NCBI RefSeq assembly: GCF_006345805.1
Contig: NC_043008.1
Coordinates: 77,004,001 to 77,068,000, forward strand
Source of the DNA: Octopus sinensis
Taxonomy: Eukaryota
Reading direction: 5' to 3'
Length of the DNA stretch: 64,000 bases
Made by a program: the position numbers and the translations under genes. This document shows positions 28,685 to 42,366 of this stretch, piece after piece; position 1 is the stretch's first letter, and each line of letters begins with the position of its first letter. The notes below the pieces were generated by a model, which saw only the letters and a list, made by a program, of their open reading frames with translations, ran no database searches and had not been told where the DNA came from.

Positions 28685-29559
28685 AATATACATCTTGTCT
28701 TTCGTTCCTAATATAATCTGAACTCCCAAACAATTGCCGAAAAGGATTAAGTTCAATGGAAATTACTGCCTGACTCCGACCTTTGAGCAACCCAAAATAT
28801 ACGGATATCCATTCTATAACTTTGAAACAGAGCATATTCATCAAGGTTGCACATTCAGAGAATTTTCTCCGTTTCATCATATGTGTTGTGTTATGTACTC
28901 AGATTGTAGATTTCAACTAGAAAAAACTTCCTTGAATCTATAAACATGAAAGGAAACTTAGAAACTGCAATTGCTATTTGAAAATGAAACCTAAATTCTC
29001 AAAGCCTTTGACATGGGCGAGAACAAATGCTTGTGTTCACAAAATTTATTTTTACTTGTAGGGTTTGTAGTGCCCGTCGCTTTTGCACCTTATACCGGCG
29101 AAGCTGATGCCATTAATGTTCCCTTTTTAACCCTTTGTAAGGAGTGACATGAGCAGAGACCGTAGTTCTAAGTTATTTTGTCCCGTCACTTTTCTAATTT
29201 TCTCCGTTTCTATTGTAAAGCTCCATCTTTCATCTTTCATCTTTCATCTTGCCACCTCTCCTTTCTTACTCGTACTGTCTTTTCTTCCTTCGCTCCTTAT
29301 TCCACCCACCTCTATATTTCACTGTCCATTCGCCTGACTAACCGTCTCACTTTCTGGTTATCTTTCCCAACTCCTTCCCCACTTATTCTACCTAACTTCA
29401 CGCCAATCTATTTATCAATTTAATCCACCTCTTTCAGCACAGTCATAAATTTTACCATCACACATTCCTACTGTGTGACAGAGAGAGGGGGAGAGGAAGA
29501 AAGAGAGAGGGGAAGAAGAGAGAGAGAAATCGCCAAGCAAATAAGGGACACGTGACTTA

Positions 29560-30250
29560 TCTATATATTAATACTTTATTAACAACAGATGGCTACATTG
29601 TACCCATAGATTTCCTCTTCTGCTTTGTTTTCTTACCAAAAGACGTTAACCACCTTTGCATGAAGCCTGTTCTATGTACGACCAATGTGAATTTTAAGAT
29701 TTTTCTCTATAGACCAGATTTTAACACCATAGAGAAGAATACTTTCTACGCACTTTGCTGACTGTATAATATTTGAATGCCAGGTGATGTTGTGAAACTT
29801 GTTACAAGTACTCTAGATTTACGCTTGTGTGTCAGGATGTCGTTCTTACTGCCAGCAACATAGAGAAACAAGGTGCTTGAAGTCAATAACATCTTTGAAT
29901 CGTGAGCCATTGAAGTAGCAAATTGGCAGGTGGCTTTCATCTTCATTGATGGTCGTATACTTAGTCTTCTTCATATGAAGAATCACACTGTCACGTTCCA
30001 CTTATATCTACTATTGTTGCACAACACATGGTAATCTTTGCTCACCGGTGCTATTGTGTTGAAAAGCAGACCATATCAGATGCAGTATTTGATGGCTTCA
30101 TTATCCTTATAGAGGACGAAGACTACTCAACTAACTTTGCCATTGACAGAAACTCACAAACATGAAACTGACCTAGGTACGCATGGAAGTGCATCTCGGT
30201 TTACGGCTGCTTGAAGACTAAGAGGAAGATGTAGATTATTTCACAAAAGC
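29560..30250 (-). mobile_element. RTE-like LINE RT fragment, highly decayed
   Basis: Minus-strand HMKKTKY, FNGSRFKDVIDFKHL (V..FKYLG) and EEIYG-like motifs in the expected order. Confidence 0.5.
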
Positions 30251-30846
30251 TCATTTGGCCCAAGTCAAATTCCTTTCGTTTCTTCCACTCAGACATTTAT
30301 GACAAAAATAATGATACGTTCGTCTTAAGTGTACTTTATCTATTGCGCATGCATACTTAGACACGTACACGCATACACATACACATATATACATATGTGT
30401 GCACACAGGCACACTTTCACATACCCCAGCCATCACACACACTATCTTCACACTAGCTTGTAAACACACCGTGTGCGCGCACACACAAACACATACACAC
30501 ACATATATATCTGTAGTCACCATTAATATTTATTATTTGCAATTTTCGCGAATGCACTGAGGCCTGCTGTGTTGCTTTTTGTGGTTGTTGTATTTCCAGT
30601 TAATTGTCATGTATCATAACACGTGTAGCTTAACACAGGAGAGAGACCTGGTCACACTGAGGAAACTGGATGTAAGTGGCTTATATTTTAGGACTACTTC
30701 CCTAATTAACGAATCGAAACATCTGTACTAAATTAGAATTATCTGCAAATTTTTCTTCCCTGTTTCTAAAGCTTCACCAATTAAGCTGAGTTAACATTTC
30801 TTGCAAATTTGCGATTTATTCAAACTGTTTCTCTCTTGCTCTATCA

Positions 30847-30847
<1 letters not shown>

Positions 30848-30931
<84 letters not shown>
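30848..30931. repeat. (TCTA)n tetranucleotide microsatellite
   Basis: Directly visible. Confidence 0.95.
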
Positions 30932-31155
30932 CCTGCCTGCCTGTCCGCCTGTCTGTCTATATCTGCATGCATGAACGTGTGTGTGTATATTTTCATATAA
31001 AATTATATATAATGTTATCTTGGATGGACTATTTTAAATCTTATATATTCCCTAAACAGAAAATCTATTATTTTTTGGTAATTATTATTTAATTATAATT
31101 ATTTGATTAATACGCTTTTATCGAAGTCATTTCTGGACTGAGTTTAATTTGAATC

Positions 31156-31188
<33 letters not shown>

Positions 31189-31254
31189 TGTATGTATGTA
31201 TGTATGTATGTATGTATGTATGTATGTATGCATGCATGTATGTATGTATATGTG

Positions 31255-31447
31255 TGGAGGGATGTTCCCCCAACATTGCTTGACAACCGATGCTGGTATG
31301 TTTACGTCTCCGTAACTTAGCGATTCGGCAAAAGATACCGATAGGATATGTACTAGGCTTACAAGGAATAAGTCCTGGGGTCGATTTGCTCGACTAAAGG
31401 CGGTACTCCAGCATGGCCGCAGTCAAATGACTGAAACAAGTAAAGAA
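31255..31447 (+). mobile_element. SINE family B, 3' half
   Basis: ttgacaaccgatgctgg...gtcctggggtcgatttgctcgactaaaggcgg...ccagcatggccgcagtcaaatgactgaaacaagtaaa. Confidence 0.85.
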
Positions 31448-32802
31448 AGAATATATATAAACACCGGCTAAGATTTGTTTGTATACACCGGCCAGGCGTG
31501 CTCAGTTCCTACTAAAACCAAGGTATACTCCAGTTTATGTGTCTATAGTAACTTGAGTCAGGCGTTGTATGCATTTAGTGAACACTGATAAACAATACGT
31601 CTAGAAAATATAGACAAACGATATGACCCAGGCTCAGGATTCACCTTAATTTAACAAATGTGTCCACTATTGTAAGCCTTGTTTTATAGTTCTAAATTTA
31701 TTTCTGTTACATGAATATATGGCTAGCCATTTGTAAAGCAGCTCTATACATCGCATTGATTAGAGATAAAATTAAAAACAAAACAACAATAAGTTAGATC
31801 TGAAACTGCAACCTCAGATCTGGTCTTACGTGACAACTTCAGACTAAGGCTCATGTAAGTTTATTTTTGTTGAATTTCTAACGTTAGATAAAGCAATGTA
31901 ATGTATACTTTATTACCTCGCTTTATCTAACTTCAGTCAAAAGATCACGTTACCTGTGATAGACCGACAACTTTATCAGGGAAAATCATTGTTTATCTCT
32001 TCTCATTCACTCCTTCAATAAACCATAGCAAACCATACACACCCTTAAAACCTCTTTGGACCTTATACCTGCACTTACAATCCAATGATTTAAACATGTA
32101 AATTATTTTGTTACTATCTAATATTTGAATGTCATTTTAGTGCAGTATTTATTTTTACAACCTAACTTTTATCGTGTAAATGATATTTACAAAGAACGCA
32201 CCTCTGCCTGTATTAGATCTACACACCTGTTTACTTCTATGATATTGCTTACACACCGCCTGTTGTGACTATGTAATGACGTCAATAAAGTAATTACCCT
32301 TTAAATTAGACACTCCACTTGATTGATGTAAGAATCTGTGACTGCGTTGCTAATTCTTTGAAGAACCAGCTTACTTTTCACATAAATGTTTGCAATGTTT
32401 CCACCATTCTCCATTCCATTTCACAGTACTAGCCAGGTCCATTCACCGTAAATCTACTTCCGTTTACTGCATCTTCCCTTTTGCTTCTATATTCCAATTC
32501 CGTTTCAATCATTTTCCGCTTCCGTTTATCGAATTATCCCCTTGCATTTACCGTAAATTCCTTTCTGTTCTCTGTATTTTCACTTACATGTATTCTAATC
32601 ATTACTTCCGTTCATACCATTCTTCACTTCCATTGACACTATTTTCGACTCTTCTTTACTCTCTATTTCCGTTTACTATATTCTCAAATTTCTTTAACTT
32701 CATTCTCAAATTCCGTTGTGCGCATTGGTCACTTCTTTCTACAGTAATCTCTACTTCTGTTCAACATCTCATCACTATGTGATATTTAACACATCAGAAA
32801 TA

Positions 32803-32915
32803 CAGGATGTCTGACAATGATGGGGCACATTTTAAACACAAGTAGCAAACACATTTATTAAGGCAAATGCATAATATATAAGCAAAATATGTACCCATCA
32901 TTATGAAACACCCAG
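32803..32915. mobile_element. Tiny Tc1/mariner-type MITE (~113 bp)
   Basis: TA|caggatgtctgacaatgatggggcacattt ... aaatatgtacccatcattatgaaacacccag|TA imperfect ~30-bp TIRs. Confidence 0.65.
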
Positions 32916-32964
32916 TATATGAATATTTTCTTGTCACTGATTTGTAATCAGCAATGTTTTATTG

Positions 32965-33170
32965 CAAAGTTGTATAAGATCAATGAAGTAACAGTTGACA
33001 AGAGGTCAGTAGGATAATGAGCAACCAAAGGTGTATAAGGTCCATGAAGTAACAGCCAGCCAGAGGTCAGTGCAGAAACAGGATGCCCGAAGAGTAATAG
33101 GTCAGTAGAGTACCAACCGACTAGAGTTCAGTTGGGCAACAGACGACCAACCGATGTCGTAGGTCTATAT
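32965..33170. repeat. Degenerate minisatellite (aggtca-containing units)
   Basis: gtataag.tc.atgaagtaacag...agaggtcagt repeated ~61 bp apart, with further decayed units. Confidence 0.55.
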
Positions 33171-35161
33171 CCTGTCAGTGGTGCTAATTAGAGTGTGTTG
33201 CCAAACAATAACTCAGTCTTTCTAATGGCCCAGTCTGCCTAACTGTAAATAGGTACATGGTACATGCGATTCCTGTGTCGACACCATGGAATTTGGTCAA
33301 TCTTCGTGTGCTTGCGATACCGAGTTTAGTTTCGTTGCTAAGAAACACTACCTGCATCGGAACAGCGTCTTTTTCAGGATCACAATAATGCTCTCATTAT
33401 CTTAGCACCATACCGATCAGAAGTAAACCTCATTAGAATTCATAAAAATGTTTATTTTATACCATTAGTACATGATTAATTTACTATAATCCTCGACTCC
33501 CCCAAATGAGCTATCGCTATTACTTCTAGGTAGTTATTCAATTAGCTCGAAATGACAGCAAAATCTCCCTGAAATTATTCATCACTGCTTCTAAACATGA
33601 AGAACACACATTGGATAATATAGTCCTATATACACAACGGAGTTATACTTAAACATTTAGCTCTACTAGATATAGCAATGGAATGTACCTCTTCTTGACA
33701 CCTATTTGTCATTCCAGGACTGACTGTAATAATCGGATTGAGTGATTGAGGCTGTCATTACTTTGTCAGGAATACAATGCCATGCCAATATTAAGACTTT
33801 CACCAATTTCCTTAAATTCCACTGCTTCGTTTTGACAGGTAGCCGACTGCACAATAAATTTAGACAAATGCCGCTAAATCTATGGAAAGTCGAAATCAAT
33901 ATTTATTAAAACATTCCAGTGAGATCAAAGATAGAAAAAGATCAAGTGTCAGTAAATTGAAACATGTAAAAGGTCAGCGTAGTCAGACAGGTCAGATAGA
34001 GTAAGGTTAGACAGAATTAGACAACAGCAAATGCAACAGAGCCAAACGATAATAAATATCGGGTTTTAAATTATTAAAGATGGCTGCTAAGTAGAAAGTG
34101 AATCAAGAGGTGAATTAGTGAGAAGCGTTGCATGTAAAACTGCAGTCTTATGTAACAATCAACAGTAGATTGTTTCTTATTGCTCACTACATTCTTTTGT
34201 TTGGCCTCGGCTAAATCTGTAGTTGTGACGTAGATCAATTAGAATGCATCATTGCACCGTACAACTTCCAGCAGTCACCGTTTTTAGCAACACAAATTAC
34301 GTTTTCAAACCTAAAAACATTGGCTTCCCTTTTCTTATACAATTTTTTTAATAGCCAAAAGGAATTTAAGAAATACTAAAAATAATTTAAATTATGTTAA
34401 AAAATTTAATGACTTATTTTTATACTTAAGTTAAATACATCAATTTCTTTTTTCTGTAACGCACAAGGACCTATTAATAAATGACATCTTGTCTAAGTTG
34501 TTAACAATACAAATATAGGCCTGACTAAATGAGAGTCAAAATTCGATGATTTAAAAGTACTATCTACTATATCTAGTAGATATGCAAACCGAAAATATTT
34601 AAATCAGAATAAATCAAATTTTACTGTCTAATTATTATTTCGTTATCTTCTTTCAAAATGGTTTATATCTTGTTTTATCTATCTTCACAAAACTAAGGAT
34701 ACAATATTGAAATGATCAATCCGTGAAATGGTTGAAATATAGTCTTTAACTGGATTATTGATTATTATCCCCAGTGACGTTTATCCGTATATTTGATTCT
34801 GTGTATCATATAGTTGTCACTGTAATAATTGTTGATGTTGTTCTTGTTTAGCTGCAGGCCAGCTTTGATCAAGCAGGCTTATTTTCTACGGTGCTCCGTT
34901 CTGCGCCATCCCCCTTTTTTTTTATTCGCTTTTTATTCAAAGTGCATCAAGGGCTACATTTTGTAATATGTTCTTTTTTAAACCCGTAGAGTATAAGAAA
35001 GAATTGGTTGTTATTTCTAGCATATCGGCTACCTAGTCTCTCAGTAACCGAGAGATTTTCTTAATGGCTGCGCACATTTAGATCTAACTAGTCAAGATAA
35101 TATAATACAGGGGAAATTAAGAGGCTAACTGGAAAATTTACTGATAATATTGATAAAGGAT

Positions 35162-35590
35162 AAGGTGGCGAGCTGGCAGAATCGTTAGCACGCCTAGCAG
35201 TATTTCATCCGTCTTCGTGTTCTGAGTTCAGATTCCACCGAGGTCGACTTTGCCTTTCATCCTTTCGGGGTCGATGAAATAAGTACCCTTTTCGCACTGG
35301 GGTCGATCTATTCGACTGGCCTCCTCCCCAGAAATTTCGGGCCTTGTGCCTATAGCAGAAAAGAATCGTTAGCACGCTTAGCGGAATTTCGTACGTCCAC
35401 CTAGGTCGACTTTCCCTTTCATCCTTTGCTAAATACAAGTAGATAGAGATAGATTGCATTACGTGGTGGTCGCAATAAATACCAGGTGTGTATTGAGATA
35501 AAATAAGTACCAGTTGACTAATGGGGAAGACGCAATCGATTATCCCCACCACCGCCACTGAAACTGTTGGCCTTATGCCATAGTTTGAAA
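35162..35590 (+). mobile_element. SINE family A, composite/tandem partial copies
   Basis: aaggtggcgagctggcagaatcgttagcacg head, gagttcagattcc B-box, gtcgactttgcctttcatcctttcggggtcgat core; a second partial unit starts at ~35363. Confidence 0.88.
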
Positions 35591-36439
35591 CCAATATTGC
35601 TGAAGGATAAATCTTACAAATTAACTTTACTCCGTAAATCATTGTGAATACTTGTCAGAAGGAAAGGCAGTCAATGAACTTGCTAACAATAGCAACTAAA
35701 TTTCCTTTATAATATACTTTACCCTCTTTTAAAAAATGACTTATTGAATAATATAGACCAGGATTATCTTAGAAATATGGTTATAACTTAAACACTGGAA
35801 TAAATTTTGATAAATTGAGAAGAGAACTTGGACAGTGCTTTTATGAGATACACAAGGATCATACCTTAAACATAAAAGTTCATCCAGACACTTGATGAAG
35901 ACTCCAATACGTCTATCTTACAAGCGCAGAGTCATATTGATTGTAACCTCTCTGTCCTTTCTACAGCAACAATGTTGTCCACTGCTCTACACTTGTAATT
36001 GTGTACTACCTAGACCTACCCAGTTGGTCCTCTCTCCATTTCATGTCATCTATTTACAGCTTAGTTGACAAGTAAGGGAAATAGATTTATTTCTGATGTA
36101 GGTGGTAAGATATATTAGCTACAACACACTCCACCGACTGAAGTTTCTGGTATTTCTAGTTTCGTCAACAAAACAACTAACTGAGACGGATGTCCAAGAT
36201 TCTGCAAAGGACCAACACATTGAAGATTGGACTAAATACAAAACGTAATTTCCATTATACTGGAAATGATTCACTCTCCTGTAGTATTCCTGATATTTGT
36301 TATCAAAATATTATAGTTGTACCGAATGGAACTGTTGATGTTGACACTCAAATTTTTACTAACGAGTAATAATTGTATACATACACACACATTCATACAT
36401 ACACACATATATACATAAATACATATATACATGCATGCA

Positions 36440-36456
36440 TACATACATACATACAT

Positions 36457-36495
<39 letters not shown>

Positions 36496-36520
36496 AACAG
36501 ACAGACAAACAGACAGGTAA

Positions 36521-36579
<59 letters not shown>

Positions 36580-36600
36580 CGTACATACATACATACATAC
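36440..36600. repeat. Compound (CATA)n/(CAGA)n/(GATA)n microsatellite
   Basis: Directly visible. Confidence 0.95.
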
Positions 36601-37500
36601 ATATTTATATAAATAAACAAATGAATATATACACCCACATACTCACACATATTAGAAAGAGTAGTAGACATAGATGGGAAAATATTGCTAAATACAAGTA
36701 GATAGAGATAGATTGCATTACGTGGTGGTCGCAATAAATACCAGGTGTGTATTGAGGTAAAGTGTTGACTTTACCTCTACCCACCAACACTGTATGGCCC
36801 AGTGCCAGCATTAGAAAATATTCGGTATGAAACCCTGTTTATACCACAACACATTCCATGGTGAAGAAGAAAAAAAATAAAACATGGAGCTATGCTGCAT
36901 ACATTGTATCAATGTATGGTGCTGCACTAACTGTACAGCTTGCTGTACAGATGTTGCTGTCTTCCACACCAGCCACCACCAAACCAACTCACTGCTAAGG
37001 AAGTCTCTGCTGAAGAATGTGCGAAGGTCATTTGTGCTACCCTTCAATTCTACATTAACCTCGCCCTTCTACGAAAACAAAAAAGCCAAAACGATGCCAA
37101 CATCACTGCTAATGTTGCCTAAATATCTTTCAATGACGTATGTTGTAAGATTAGATCTCACAGAATTCGTACTGCCCTTGAGCCTAGCGCATGCTAATAA
37201 TATCTGAATAACTTTGTATCAAGTCAGTGTTTGGTTGTGGAAGTTACCAGCAGACAAAGCTTTTCACAGATTCCAACAGGGTTTCAAGTTTAGGATAATC
37301 TGGTTAGTGAACTGCAGCCACACCAGCCTTCAAAATAATCATGTGTATGCCTCAAAGTATTTCAATTACGTAGTTATTATATCGTTTTCCATTCGTCGAA
37401 CTGCTAGTTTAACGATTAAAGGACACGTCACAAATATAGATACACACGCACACATGCAAACACACACACAAACATACACACATACCCACACACATGTATG

Positions 37501-37531
<31 letters not shown>

Positions 37532-37634
37532 GTGTATATATATATATTATATATATATATACACATGCATATATTCACATACCTGTATATATACGAGAAA
37601 TATATACACACACATATATATATACATATATATG

Positions 37635-37682
<48 letters not shown>

Positions 37683-38156
37683 TACACGCACATTTGCACA
37701 CTAACGTGGATATGTGTGTGTGCGTATGTGTAGGAATTCCAAATGTCATTAAGAACGCCAGATACAATATAATAAATATATTTGTAAATAATACGAGAGG
37801 AGTGAAGTGTGAGAAAGAAAGCATAGTAGACGGAGAGAGAGAGAGCGAGCGAGAAAGAAAGAGAGCGAGAAAGCGAAAGAGGGTGAGAGAGAGAAAGAGA
37901 AAGATCGCGATTGAGACAGTTTATGAAGGAAAGTCTCTTTTCTCAGTCATTCCCCTTCTTTCTCCTTCTGACTGCGCGTGGGTTTATATACGTAGTTTTC
38001 ATAAAACATATCATTGTTTATGCCCGTCCACACACAGATACACACACGCAAACACACACGCCCACACATATGCATACAGGCACATACATACATGTGTATA
38101 CATATGAGTTTGTGTAGAAAGAAAGACATACAGACAGACGGAAAACAGTTCTAATA

Positions 38157-38230
38157 GTGGTGGTGGTGGTGGTAGTGGTGGTGGTGGTGGTGGTGGTGGT
38201 GGTGGTGGTAGTGGTGGTGGTGGTGGTGGT
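38157..38230. repeat. (GGT)n microsatellite
   Basis: Directly visible; source of the poly-His ORF. Confidence 0.95.
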
Positions 38231-38719
38231 TGTGTAAATGACGACTGTTTAGAAGGCAGTTAATGACAGGGTTATTCGGGGAAGTGTGTTTGATTTTTGA
38301 TTTAACAGCCCCCACAGAGATGTAAAGTGGTGATGTCGATGCTGTTTGAACACAGGACATAAACATATCAAACTAAATACTCTTGGATATTGTCTTGCGC
38401 TCGTTGCTCCACCGATTCCTCAAATATCACTCGAGGGAAAGTGTTCCGCCGTTCACCTAGAAAAACATCCTTACATGTGAGTCTGGTTGTTTTGGCAGTG
38501 AACAAAGTCATTAGGAAAGAACTGTTGTGGAGGGAAGCCATTTGGTGGTGGCTTAGCCCCTTGTGGGTAGTAAAGAAATAGGCAGTGGGTAGGGAGTCAA
38601 ATGTATGTTAGGACACTAAGAACATTTAAGAAAATTACTTCGACTATTGGTATATTGCAGAATTGTAGAACATAGCACACAGAATAGAAACATAACTATG
38701 TAAGGACTTTGCTCTTGAG

Positions 38720-39843
38720 CAATGGTTCTTAACTTAAGCAATGTCACCCACTTGTGGGTGTTATGTGCTCAAAAGTGGAAAACAAATGTCAAGGAGGCGA
38801 TATGGAAGTGTAGGGTATTAAAGAGAGGTCGTGATTTTTCTTAGACATAATATTTAAACCAGATGCGATATTTATAGTTGAACGACATTTGAAAAAGATT
38901 ACCGGGGACAGAAAATGATTTGGTCAATGTGTTACGAGTGAACAGAAACATGACTGATGATGTTCCAGTATATTTACAATTTGCTTGTAATTAATAGATT
39001 TACAAATTGACTTGAAAGTTCAGGTGTTTCGACAAGATGGTTATGAAGAGTTATGGTTGAAACAGAAAATAGAACTCCCCATCTTTGGAAAAAATTAAAG
39101 TTGCTGTTGTCAGCGTGTTCTTCTTCATACTTGGTTAAGAATGGGTTCACCATTGTAACTAAACTCTTAGCTAAACAGTGAAAAAGATTACAAAGTATTT
39201 AAAGGAGAACATACAAGGTTCTGTAGGTCAAATAACGAACCTGATACTTTTAAATCAATAAAATCTCATTACAATGTACTAATTGATCTTTTTTTTTATT
39301 ATTAAGTAGTTTTGTTTAGATGTAATAATTTGTTGATTATCTTCAGTTATTTTATATTTTGTATTTTTAATTTGAAGTTAATCAAAACCTGATAAATGTG
39401 CTTAATTCATTAACATCAGTAAATAAATCGACAGTATTTTATTTAAAGATTTTAATTGTAATGTTATCTTTGATCGAAATGTTTTTATTTATTTAAAATT
39501 TTTATTATAAATATTGTTTTATTTACCTTTACTGACAATATAAATGTAAATATTATTTCACTATACAAACCCTGGCTTTCTTTAGTAATTCCCATAAACA
39601 TTTAGCATATTGCAATTTATATTTAGTATTCTATGCAAATATCAAAAAGCCGACAGGTACTGGGTATGATAGAATATCAAAATATGGATATTAAATCTCT
39701 TCGAGGGATTAGTTTAAGTTAGATGAAATTAAGTTATTTTATTTATTTATTGATTTATTTATCTATTTGCAAAATGTGGGACCGGAACTTTTAAGACGTC
39801 ATTTGGTATTAAAAGGGACATTGAGGTCGAGAAGAGATACTGC
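38720..39843 (+). mobile_element. hAT (Charlie/Buster-like) DNA transposon deletion derivative
   Basis: Left end caatggttcttaac resembles the Charlie TIR CAGTGGTTCTCAAC. At ~39095-39200, KLLLSACSSSYLVKNGFTIVTKLLAKQ*KRL matches the hAT dimerisation motif FPSSYLVExGFS..KxRNRL. Right end uncertain. Confidence 0.65.
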
Positions 39844-39899
39844 TGTAGAAAAAAGTTAAGGTTACAATTATCCTAGGTCTCAGTGAAATATACACGGTG

Positions 39900-40690
39900 A
39901 AAATTAATTTCTCAAGATGTATTTACTTTCCGATAACATCCCTCGTGACCCAAGAATCGCAAGACTTTAATAAATATTTGAAAGAGAAAATCTTTGCATA
40001 CCACAATAAGATATGTTTCCCGTAAACTTGGGTGGGGGTGATGTGTAATCTCTTAAGGACTCTTGTCTATTACAGCATATTCCGAAGGTTATGATTTTGC
40101 AATGTATGAGCAACAGATCGCTACGAAATGCCTAATCAACAAAAAGAGACGGTGAAGCCTTTAATCCTTCAAGATGAGAATAAAAATGTCAATTATCTCA
40201 CATTTCTGTGAAGCTTAGCGTTGTTACTAAAAACCATTCAATGTCATCTGTAAAAAAGTCTACTTTGCTTTTACTATTGACAATGCCTCTGTTACTCAAT
40301 GTATACAAAGATAACACAAAGATATTTGTGGGACATTCTTTCAAAACTTTTACCAAGTAGAAAACTATCGGGTCAAATATAGTTATTTGGAATAGAAAAC
40401 GAAAATTATGTCCAATTGTAGGGTTTAGTTACCCTGCAGATGTAAACATCTCTTCTAAAATCTGTGTGAAAGGCAGTATTTACGGATAACTGCTTTCAAA
40501 CTTGCAGCTTATAAATTCACATTTATACGGATAATTAGTGGTGCATTTAGATGTATTAGTAAATTAATAAAAAGAACGACATGGAAAAGTTAGGATCACC
40601 AGGAAAAGAAAGTGATCAGCTAAGACAAACTTCGCGAATACAATCTGTAAGTGGAACAGTAAAAATATACGAAACTTTTCTGCGGTTTAG
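39900..40690 (+). mobile_element. RLE-type non-LTR retrotransposon 3' fragment, decayed
   Basis: YLWDI...NIVIWNRKRKLCPIVGFSYPADVNISSKI...YKFTFIRIISGA...IQSVSGTVKIYETFLRF; homologous to 2410-2720. Confidence 0.7.
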
Positions 40691-41368
40691 CATGGAACCT
40701 ATAACGTTGTTAAAATGTAAATGCGATCGAATATTGTTTCTTTATTTTTAAAAAAATAATAAACAGTAGTTTTGTATACAATTTTTTAAAAATATATACA
40801 TGAATACATGCACTCATACATAAATGCATGTATGCATACATATTCTGTCGCTTCCTCTTTCTCACACAAACACAAACACACACACACACACATTTCTAGA
40901 CTAATAAGGACAAGTGGAACATTGCAAAATATTTGAGGAGCAGAACGAGTGTGATTACATGCCGAGTGAATTGTTGGTTATCCCATTTTTGACTGCATAC
41001 ACATACCTCAGCAATACGTTGCCATAAACCAACACACACACGCGCACACACACACACATACACACACGCACACACGCGTGCGCGCGCACTCAGACACGCA
41101 CATACACAAACAAACGAACAGATATGTGTGTGTTGTTAAAATCAGACTATATTTCTATGTGCACACACACACATGTGCACACGCGCGTGTGCATCTGTGT
41201 GCGTGTGAGTGTAACTGCGCGTGGGTGTGCCTAAGATTTAACTCTATTTCTACACACATGCGCACACTCATATTTTAATCATTTTAATTCGTACTCATAT
41301 ATTCAGTGTGCATGTCTCTTTAACGCACAAATGTGTGTGAGTGTTAAATCTTATGTATATGTAGTGAA

Positions 41369-42366
41369 GGCGCGTGGCTTAGTGGTTAGGGCATTCGGCT
41401 CATGATCGTAAGGTTGTGAGTTCGATTCCCGGCGGCGCGTTGTGTCCTTGAGCAAGACACTTTATTTCACGTTGCTCCAGTCCACTCAGCTGGCAAAAAT
41501 GAGTTGTACTTGTATTTCAAAGGGTCAGCCTTGTCACTCTCTGTGTCACGCTGATTATCCCCGAGAACTACGTTAAGGGTACACGTGTCTGTGGAATGCT
41601 CAGCCATTTGCACGTTAATTTCACGAGCAAGCTGTTCCGTTGATCGTATCAGCTGGGACCCTCGTCGTCGTAACCGGCGGAGTCTTTAATGTATATGTAA
41701 TATGTGAGGGCGCGTGGCTTAGTGGTTAGGGCATTCGGCTCATGATCGTAAGGTTGTGAGTTCGATTCCCGGCGGCGCGTTGTGTCCTTGAGCAAGACAC
41801 TTTATTTCACGTTGCTCCAGTCTACTCAGCTGGCAAAAATGAGTTGTACTTGTATTTCAAAGGGTCAGCCTTGTCACTCTCTGTGTCACGCTGATTATCC
41901 CCGAGAACTACGTTAAGGGTAACGTGTCTGTGGAATGCTCAGCCATTTGCACGTTAATTTCACGAGCAAGCTGTTCCGTTGATCGTATCAGCTGGGACCC
42001 TCGTCGTCGTAACCGGCGGAGTCTTTAATGTATATGTAATATGTGAGGGCGCGTGCTTAGTGGTTAGGGCATTCGGCTCATGATCGTAAGGTTGTGAGTT
42101 CGATTCCCGGCGGCGCGTTGTGTCCTTGAGCAAGACACTTATTTCACGTTGCTCCAGTCTACTCAGCTGGCAAAAATGAGTTGTACTTGTATTTCAAAGG
42201 GTCAGCCTTGTCACTCTCTGTGTCACGCTGATTATCCCCGAGAACTACGTTAAGGGTACACGTGTCTGTGGAATGCTCAGCCATTTGCACGTTAATTTCA
42301 CGAGCAAGCTGTTCCGTTGATCGTATCAGCTGGGACCCTCGTCGTCGTAACCGGCGGAGTCTTTTT
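41369..42366 (+). mobile_element. Three head-to-tail copies of a young tRNA-derived CORE-type SINE (starts 41369, 41709, 42048)
   Basis: A-box tggcttagtgg, B-box gttcgattcc, CORE-like tgtgtccttgagcaagacacttt; period 340/339 bp; copies nearly identical. Confidence 0.93.

Noticed and set aside
35900-36240. Possible RTE 3' fragment on the minus strand
   Set aside because: Similarity too faint to support a call.
37214-38107. 297-aa ORF
   Set aside because: Mostly concatenated (CA)/(TA)/(GA) microsatellites.
41369-41440. tRNA-Met-like gene (CAT in the loop), three copies
   Set aside because: Acceptor and T stems pair poorly and the sequence continues into a CORE-like SINE body; it is a SINE head, not a tRNA gene.
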